A stretch of 64,000 nt of DNA from an uncultured Oscillospiraceae bacterium (lineage in GTDB: Bacteria; Bacillota; Clostridia; Oscillospirales; Oscillospiraceae). The position numbers and the translations under genes were made by a program. Positions 57,094 to 64,000 of the stretch are shown here, one piece after another; the stretch's first letter is position 1; each line of letters begins with the position of its first letter. The stretch is from the NCBI GenBank assembly GCA_905233385.1, contig CAJOEH010000022.1, positions 846-64,845 on the forward strand, written 5' to 3'. The notes beneath the pieces were generated by a model. That model saw nothing but the letters and a program-made list of their open reading frames with translations. It searched no databases and had not been told where the DNA came from.

Positions 57094-58282
57094 TCGCGTT
57101 CACCTTTTTCATGACGATGCCTTCAAAATAGGTCTTCGCCAAAATCGTTTTCACGTCGTCCACCGTCGGACGGACAATATTCGTCAGCGTCGCCGTATCG
57201 GCGAGGGCGTGCTCCGCCAGCACGTCGATATCGTCCATGCTGAACTTCGTCTCGCACAGCGGCGGGATCTTCACGTCCGCGCAGAGCTTCCGCACCGCCT
57301 CGATCGCGAGCCGGGAAGCGGCGTCGACGGAGAGGCTGTCGATCTTCTCTCCCATCGCCTGCGCGACGTCCGCGAGCCGTCCCATGCAGTAGGGGCGGTT
57401 GTACTCCAGCACGCGCGGCAGCATGATCGCGTTGGCAAGGCCGTGCGGGATATTGTAGAAGCCGCCGAGCTGGTGGGCGATGCCGTGCACCAGGCCCAGG
57501 CCGGCGTTCGAGAACGACAGGCCCGCCATGTATTCCGCCCAGCACATATCCGTACGGGCGTCCATATTCGACCCGTCGCGCACCGCGGCGCGCAGCGACT
57601 TGCTCACAAGGCGGATCGACTCCAGCGCAAGCGCGTCCGTATAGGGCGTGGGAACACTGCAGATGTACGCTTCGATCGCATGCGTCAGCGCGTCGATGCC
57701 CGTCGCCGCCGTCAGGGAGGGCGGCATGCCGACCATCAGCATCGGGTCGTCCAGCGCCAGATACGTCAGGCAGTTCGGGTCAACCATCAGCATCTTGGAT
57801 TTCGCCTTTTCATCCGTGACGACGTATGCCGCCGTGCATTCCGAGCCGGTGCCCGCCGTCGTGTTGACCGCGATGATCGGCGAGCCGGGCTTTTTGGATT
57901 TGTTCACGCCGTTGTAGTCTTCGATCTTGCCGCCGTTCGCCGACAGGATGCTGACCGCCTTCGCCACGTCGATCGACGAGCCGCCGCCGATGGCGATCAA
58001 CGCGCCGCAGCCGTTCTTCGTAAAGAACTCCAGCGCCTGATAGACGATCCGCGTCGTCGGATTCGGCTCCACGCCGTCAAACACCGCGTAGTTGATCCCC
58101 GCCTGGTCGAGCACGGCGATGACCTTGCCGGCGGTGCCGATCTTGACCAGGCCCTTGTCGGTGATCACGAGGACCTTTTGTGCGTTCAGATCGCGCAGAA
58201 AACGCGGGATCTGCAGGATGCCGTCGCGCCCGATCAGGGTGTGCCGCGGCTGATAAAGTTCTACCGTTTCGATCTGTTCCAT
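57086..58282 (-). CDS. Iron-containing alcohol dehydrogenase
   Basis: GGGSSIDVAK, TTAGTGSE, DALTHAIE, HGIAH and HGLAN motifs; start 58282 after GGAGAG. Confidence 0.94.
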   Translation of the reverse strand: MEQIETVELYQPRHTLIGRDGILQIPRFLRDLNAQKVLVITDKGLVKIGTAGKVIAVLDQAGINYAVFDGVEPNPTTRIVYQALEFFTKNGCGALIAIGGGSSIDVAKAVSILSANGGKIEDYNGVNKSKKPGSPIIAVNTTAGTGSECTAAYVVTDEKAKSKMLMVDPNCLTYLALDDPMLMVGMPPSLTAATGIDALTHAIEAYICSVPTPYTDALALESIRLVSKSLRAAVRDGSNMDARTDMCWAEYMAGLSFSNAGLGLVHGIAHQLGGFYNIPHGLANAIMLPRVLEYNRPYCMGRLADVAQAMGEKIDSLSVDAASRLAIEAVRKLCADVKIPPLCETKFSMDDIDVLAEHALADTATLTNIVRPTVDDVKTILAKTYFEGIVMKKVNANG

Positions 58283-58300
58283 CGTTTCGCTCTCCATTGT

Positions 58301-58324
58301 AAAACGCTCAAAATCGCTCATTTT
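58301..58324 (-). promoter_or_regulatory. Tandem 10-bp direct-repeat operator upstream of the BMC genes
   Basis: Minus strand AAAATGAGCG-ATTTTGAGCG; the same motif occurs upstream of deoR. Confidence 0.7.
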
Positions 58325-58480
58325 GCCGAGCCTTTCCGTGTGGTATCATCTTCCCACAATTTCCATGCAATGTCAACAGCGCATTTCGCGGTTTTTATCA
58401 TTTTGTGAGTTCTGACAGTTTGATCGTCCGCGCTTTGTATATTTTGATCAGGAAAAAAGCGGCGGCAGGCGCAGACCGAA

Positions 58481-59266
58481 TCATTCAAGCGGGAGCAGCG
58501 TGCAGGGAATGCCCTGTTTTGCATAGAAATTCACAAATTCCTGCGGCATGTTCTGCGTGGAGATGACGCGGCACGCCTTCTCCGGCGGGAACATCGTCGC
58601 GAACGCGCGGCGGCCGAACTTCGCGCTGTCCAGCAGCATGTACATCCGGCGCGTCATGCGCGAAAGCTGGGTGTAAAGCGCCGTGCGGTTCTTGTCCTGC
58701 ACGGTGTAGCCGCGCTCCAGATCCACGCCCTCGACCGTCAGGAAGACCTTGTCGAAGAAATAACCGCGCAGGGTGTGGTTGACGTCCGGGTCGAGCGTCT
58801 CGATATAGTTCTTGCCGGTGCGGACGTCGCCGCCGAGGAGGGTCACGGAGACGTTCGGGCACTCCGCCAGCTCCAGGACCGCCGTCACGGAGGTCGTTAC
58901 CACGGTCAGCCGCTCGACGTCGCGCAGCTGCGCCGCGAAAATGTTGCAGGTTTTGCCCGCGCCGATGAAGATGGATTCGCCGGAGCGCACCTGCGCCGCC
59001 GCTTCCTTCGCGATCAGCAGCTTTTCCTTGTCGATCTCGTCGCCGATCTCGGTGCCGTTGACGTAGCGGCTGTGATCCGGGCGTTTTTCCGGCAGCTTCA
59101 GGCCGCCGTGCGTGCGCTCCGCCAGCCCCTTGCCCTGGATCTCGTCAAAATCGCGGCGCGTCGTGGCGACGGAGGCGCCGGTCAGTTCGCAGATCTCCTG
59201 CATGGAGATCGCGCCGCGCTCGTGCAGCAGGTCCAAAATCTTCTTTTCACGTTCCCAGTACTTCAT
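58481..59266 (-). CDS. DeoR/GlpR-family regulator
   Basis: HTH SVATTRRDF..ERTHGG; IFIGAGKT; VTTSV; LLDSAKFG. Confidence 0.94.
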   Translation of the reverse strand: MKYWEREKKILDLLHERGAISMQEICELTGASVATTRRDFDEIQGKGLAERTHGGLKLPEKRPDHSRYVNGTEIGDEIDKEKLLIAKEAAAQVRSGESIFIGAGKTCNIFAAQLRDVERLTVVTTSVTAVLELAECPNVSVTLLGGDVRTGKNYIETLDPDVNHTLRGYFFDKVFLTVEGVDLERGYTVQDKNRTALYTQLSRMTRRMYMLLDSAKFGRRAFATMFPPEKACRVISTQNMPQEFVNFYAKQGIPCTLLPLE

Positions 59267-59284
59267 TCGTTCATTCTCCTTTCA

Positions 59285-59338
59285 AACTCGCTCATTATCG
59301 CTCATTTGAAGTATAGCATGCAGCGGCATTTCTGTCAA
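59285..59338 (-). promoter_or_regulatory. deoR promoter with overlapping tandem operator
   Basis: TTGACA-N17-TATACT (59338-59310); CAAATGAGCG-ATAATGAGCG at the start site. Confidence 0.78.
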
Positions 59339-59374
59339 GCACATTTGCCTAATTAAGACAAATACTCTTCATCC

Positions 59375-59724
59375 GTGTCATTGCGAGCAGCGGAGCTGCG
59401 TGGGTGCGCAGCCGTTGGCGGCTCTGCCGCCTTACGGATGCGGCCTACCCCCTGCGGGTACAATCCGTGCCTGCCGTTGCGGGACACTTTTCCATAATAC
59501 GAAACCGCGTAGGGAGGCATGCCCATATGCCTCCGCGATTACCAATGCCTCATAATGCAAAATCGGAGGCGTCAGGGGACGCCTCCCTACGGCAGTTTTC
59601 CACCCTTCGGCACAGATACCATACCTGTGACGGACAGATTGCCACGCCTGCCTCCGACAGGTTCGCAATGACAAGGACGGAAGCGCATTGCGCATTGCGC
59701 ATTGAGCATTGCGCATTGAGCATT
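59375..59724. repeat. Composite repeat: TGTC element, GTAG REP doublet (59509-59590) and six CATTGNG heptamers
   Basis: Matches copies at 24857, 31325 and 62944. Confidence 0.8.
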
Positions 59725-59729
59725 TCACA

Positions 59730-60515
59730 TTACCCGAACACCTCGTCGATCGTCCCGAAGCGGTAGCCCATCGCCTCCCAGCGGGTCAGCAGTTCGTCCA
59801 GGATCGCGGCGTTGGTCTTGGACGTGCTGTGCAGGAGGACGATCGCGCCGTTGTGGATGCGCGGCAGGAGCTTCGAGAAGGCCGTCTCCCGCGACGGCTG
59901 TTCTTCCCTGATCCAGTCGACGTAGGCGAGGCTCCAGAAGACCGTCCGGTATCCCATCGCCTGCGCCATGCGCAGGTTTTCCTCGGAGTAGATCCCCTGC
60001 GGCGGGCGATAGTATTTCCGCATCTCCTGTCCGGTGATCTCCGTATAGAGCCGCTCGAGGGACTCCAATTCCTCGCGGAAGGTCGCCTCATCCCCGATCT
60101 TCGACATGTCCCAATGGTGATAGGTGTGATTGCCGACGATATGACCTTCCGCCGTCATCCGTCTGACCAGCTCTGGATTCTGCTCCATGTAATTGCCCAC
60201 CAGGAAGAACGCCGCCCTGACGCCGTGCGCCTGCAACGTGTCCAAAATCTGCGCCGTGCAGCCGTTTTCATAGCCCGCGTCGAAGGTCAGATAGATCACC
60301 TTCTCGTCCGTATCGCCGAGATAGGCTGCGTCGTACTCCCGCAGCGCCGCGCTGTCGGCGTTGCCGACCGGCGGCTCCCCTTCCGTGCGGAAGCTCAGTC
60401 CCCACGAGCCCGCTGCCAGCGCGTTATCCTGCTTCACCGCGCCGACCGCCGTCAGGCCGAGCAGGACGGCGACGATCAACAAAAGCGGAAGATTCCTCCG
60501 AAACGACCTGCGCAT
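59730..60515 (-). CDS. pdaA: Spore cortex muramic delta-lactam deacetylase (PdaA-like)
   Basis: IYLTFDAGYENG, GNHTYHH, YRPPQG, WSLAYVDW and LLHSTS motifs; start 60515 after GAGGTG. Confidence 0.85.
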   Translation of the reverse strand: MRRSFRRNLPLLLIVAVLLGLTAVGAVKQDNALAAGSWGLSFRTEGEPPVGNADSAALREYDAAYLGDTDEKVIYLTFDAGYENGCTAQILDTLQAHGVRAAFFLVGNYMEQNPELVRRMTAEGHIVGNHTYHHWDMSKIGDEATFREELESLERLYTEITGQEMRKYYRPPQGIYSEENLRMAQAMGYRTVFWSLAYVDWIREEQPSRETAFSKLLPRIHNGAIVLLHSTSKTNAAILDELLTRWEAMGYRFGTIDEVFG

Positions 60516-60532
60516 ACGCTTCACCTCGGTCA

Positions 60533-60561
60533 AGCCTATGCGCCGCCGGATCAAAACATGC
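60533..60561 (-). promoter_or_regulatory. Sporulation-sigma (sigmaE-like) promoter of pdaA
   Basis: GCATGTT-N14-CATAGGCT, same geometry as the spoIIID promoter. Confidence 0.55.
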
Positions 60562-60590
60562 ATAAAATTTCGTCTGTCAAGTTTTTTCTC

Positions 60591-60619
60591 TTGACAAGCA
60601 GGGTAAACTCATGTATAAT
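60591..60619 (+). promoter_or_regulatory. Consensus sigmaA promoter of ylxM-ffh
   Basis: TTGACA-N17-TATAAT. Confidence 0.85.
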
Positions 60620-60642
60620 GAGCGGGCATTGGGGGTGTCGAA

Positions 60643-60993
60643 ATGAAACAGGAAGCTTTCAAAATGTCGCTGCTCCTCGATTATTACGGCGCCCTGCTGA
60701 CGGAAAAGCAGAAGACCTACTTCGATCTTTACTACAATCAGGACCTTTCGCTCAGCGAGATCGCCGAGCAGGAGGGCATTTCCCGTCAGGGCGTCCACGA
60801 CGCCATCACGCGCACCGAGGCGATCCTCTCCGACATGGAGCGGGCGACCGGCTGCGTGGCAAGAGACCGGCAGCTCCGCTCCGCCGTGCGGGAGATCGCT
60901 TCCGCGGCGCAGGCGCTGCTGCGCCATGAAGATCCGTCCGTGCGGGAAAATGCCGCGCGCATTCTGTCCGCCGTTTCTTCCGTAAAGGAGTAA
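60643..60993 (+). CDS. ylxM: YlxM SRP-associated protein
   Basis: LLDYYGALLTEKQ..DLSLSEIAE..ISRQGVHD. Confidence 0.93.
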   Translation: MKQEAFKMSLLLDYYGALLTEKQKTYFDLYYNQDLSLSEIAEQEGISRQGVHDAITRTEAILSDMERATGCVARDRQLRSAVREIASAAQALLRHEDPSVRENAARILSAVSSVKE

Positions 60994-60996
60994 GCT

Positions 60997-62343
<1,347 letters not shown>

Positions 62344-62412
62344 TTCCGTAATCATTGGACTCAAGCAGTTCGAGGATATATTATTTCAGAAATCTTTTTG
62401 GAGGTAAATCTC

Positions 62413-62652
62413 ATGGTTAAGATCAGACTCAGAAGAATGGGCGCCAAGAAGGCTCCTTACTACCGCATCGTTGTCGCCGACTCCCGCAGCCCCCGCGACG
62501 GCCGCTGCATCGAAGAGATCGGCACCTACAATCCCCTGACCGAGCCGGCTACCGTCGAAGTCGACGCCGAGAAGGCAGCGCAGTGGATCAAGAACGGCGC
62601 ACAGCCGACCGACACCGTTAAGGCTCTCCTGAAAAAGGCGAACGTCCTTTAA
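62413..62652 (+). CDS. rpsP: 30S ribosomal protein S16
   Basis: [25 protein letters not shown]. Confidence 0.97.
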   Translation: MVKIRLRRMGAKKAPYYRIVVADSRSPRDGRCIEEIGTYNPLTEPATVEVDAEKAAQWIKNGAQPTDTVKALLKKANVL

Positions 62653-62670
62653 TCCGAGAGGAGCAAAACG

Positions 62671-62901
62671 ATGAAGGAACTCTTGCTCTACGTGGCGAAA
62701 CAGCTTGTCGATCACCCGGATGCAGTCACGGTCACAGAGAGAGAGGACGCAGGCACGACAGTCCTGGAGCTGCGCGTTTCCCCCGAGGATATGGGGAAAG
62801 TCATCGGCAGACAGGGCCGGATCGCCAAGGAAATCCGCACCGTTATCAAGACCGTCGCCCAGCGCGACGGCAAACGCGTCACTGTCGATATTGTCGACTG
62901 A
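62671..62901 (+). CDS. khpA: KH-domain RNA-binding protein KhpA
   Basis: DMGKVIGRQGRIAKEIR; follows rpsP. Confidence 0.94.
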   Translation: MKELLLYVAKQLVDHPDAVTVTEREDAGTTVLELRVSPEDMGKVIGRQGRIAKEIRTVIKTVAQRDGKRVTVDIVD

Positions 62902-62908
62902 TACTGCC

Positions 62909-62942
62909 AAGAAAGAGGACCGCAACCGCGGTCCTCTTTCTT
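62909..62942 (+). terminator. Terminator after khpA
   Basis: AAGAAAGAGGACCGC-aacc-GCGGTCCTCTTTCTT. Confidence 0.85.
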
Positions 62943-62943
62943 G

Positions 62944-63174
62944 TTGCGCAATGCGCAATGCACTTCCGTCCTTGTCATTGCGAGCCGATGAAATCGGCGT
63001 GGCAATCCGTGCCTCTCGACGCGGGAGGTTTTCCAAAACTCACAAATCCCATCGTCCTGTCATTGCGAGGGTGCGTAGCACCCGTGGCAATCTGTCCGTC
63101 TCGATGACGGACGTTTTCCAAAACTCGCAAATCCCATCATCCTGTCATTGCCCGACTTGCTCGGGCAATGACAG
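62944..63174. repeat. Three tandem TGTC-tagged units plus heptamers
   Basis: TGTCATTGCGAG..GTGGCAATC twice, then TGTCATTGCCCG..CGGGCAATGACAG. Confidence 0.8.
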
Positions 63175-63200
63175 ATTCGGCAGTGCGTGATCATTATGAA

Positions 63201-63242
63201 AGAACGCCGCAGGGTCGGATCTTCGACCCTGCGGCGCGTTCT
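63201..63242 (-). terminator. Terminator after pfkA
   Basis: AGAACGCCGCAGGGTCG..CGACCCTGCGGCGCGTTCT. Confidence 0.7.
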
Positions 63243-63252
63243 GTATTGGAGT

Positions 63253-64000
63253 TTACTCCGCGAAGACCTTCTTCAGCTTGGCGAAGCGGGGCAGGCCGTT
63301 CTCGTAGCCGAGCTTCGTCTCGCCCTGCACCAGCGGCGAGCAGTAGCGGATGAAGTCGTCGGTGACGTTGCTGCCGTCCGGCGTGATCCACTCCAGCGGG
63401 ACCTTCTTCTCGTAGTTCGCGACCTTCTCCAGATCGAACAGCTCATAGTGGCAGACGTAGCCGTTGTCGCGGTCGCAGACAAAGCCGACCATTTTGCCGC
63501 TCTCGCCCGCGATCGCGGACTCGACGGCGATCTTGCCGGAATTGAAGGACTCCTCGATGTCGGTCAGGGACGCCTGATGGGCGGCGCAGCGCTGCAGGAG
63601 GGACAGCTCGATGCCGCGCACCTTGACGCCCAGCTCGTTCTTGACGGCGTCCGCCAGGCGGGCGGCAAGACCGCCGAGCTGCGCATGGCCGAAGCCGTCG
63701 GTGCCGGAGGTCTTCGCCTCGGAGACGAAGCGGCCGTCGGCGTAGTGGACGCCCTCGGAGACCGCGACGAGGCAGTTGTTCTTTTCGCCGTAGACGCGCT
63801 TGACGTCGGCGAGGAACTGCTCCATCGTGAAGTCGATCTCGGGCAGATAGATGAGATCGGGACCGTCGCCGGCGGCGGTGGCGAGGGCGGCGGCAGCAGT
63901 CAGCCAGCCCGCATGGCGGCCCATGCACTCGACGATGGTGACCATGCCCTTATCATAGACCTTGCTGTCGCGGGAGACTTCCATGACGGAGGTCGCGATA
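63253..64000 (-). CDS. pfkA: 6-phosphofructokinase (PfkA family, 5'-partial)
   Basis: VECMGRHAGWL, IYLPE, VAVSEG and FGHAQLGG motifs; frame is open to the window edge. Confidence 0.88.
   Translation of the reverse strand, partial: IATSVMEVSRDSKVYDKGMVTIVECMGRHAGWLTAAAALATAAGDGPDLIYLPEIDFTMEQFLADVKRVYGEKNNCLVAVSEGVHYADGRFVSEAKTSGTDGFGHAQLGGLAARLADAVKNELGVKVRGIELSLLQRCAAHQASLTDIEESFNSGKIAVESAIAGESGKMVGFVCDRDNGYVCHYELFDLEKVANYEKKVPLEWITPDGSNVTDDFIRYCSPLVQGETKLGYENGLPRFAKLKKVFAE

Noticed and set aside
50170-59266. EUT, PDU or GRM microcompartment
   Set aside because: No ethanolamine ammonia-lyase, diol dehydratase, glycyl-radical enzyme or activating enzyme; the signature enzymes are DeoC-type aldolases.

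Overview
GC-rich chromosomal region of a spore-forming Clostridia-class firmicute (Oscillospiraceae-like, inferred from spoIIID, pdaA, SLH proteins and ylxM-ffh-rpsP-khpA synteny). No prophage, IS, CRISPR, rRNA or tRNA was seen. Main blocks: (1) an electron-bifurcating [FeFe]-hydrogenase operon with an embedded sensory/phosphorylation module (1.2-9.5 kb); (2) Crp regulator plus NitT/TauT ABC transporter; (3) SLH surface metallopeptidase and spoIIID; (4) serC-serA-gdhA; (5) thyA-folA; (6) metY-cysK-iscS-iscU-rrf2; (7) a probably Na+-coupled F1Fo ATP synthase; (8) metY2-metAA; (9) nrdR operon, uraA, acyltransferase and LCP; (10) a DeoR-regulated bacterial microcompartment (BMC) locus with two DeoC aldolases and a triosephosphate isomerase (50.2-59.3 kb); (11) pdaA, ffh operon and partial pfkA. 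Best hidden signals: an unannotated 24-aa Cys-rich leader peptide (MKNVFERLVRANFRFGRMCCRCCR) inside a long hairpin that closes over the metY ribosome-binding site; the dual-DeoC sugar-phosphate BMC with a shared tandem operator; a permuted SH3b-like insert in a UraA permease; a structured thyA 5' UTR; a 49-aa Cys/Gly/Asn microprotein; and several families of intergenic palindromic repeats. Four short or large deletion scars may be assembly artefacts. All family assignments are from motif recognition by eye; no searches were run.
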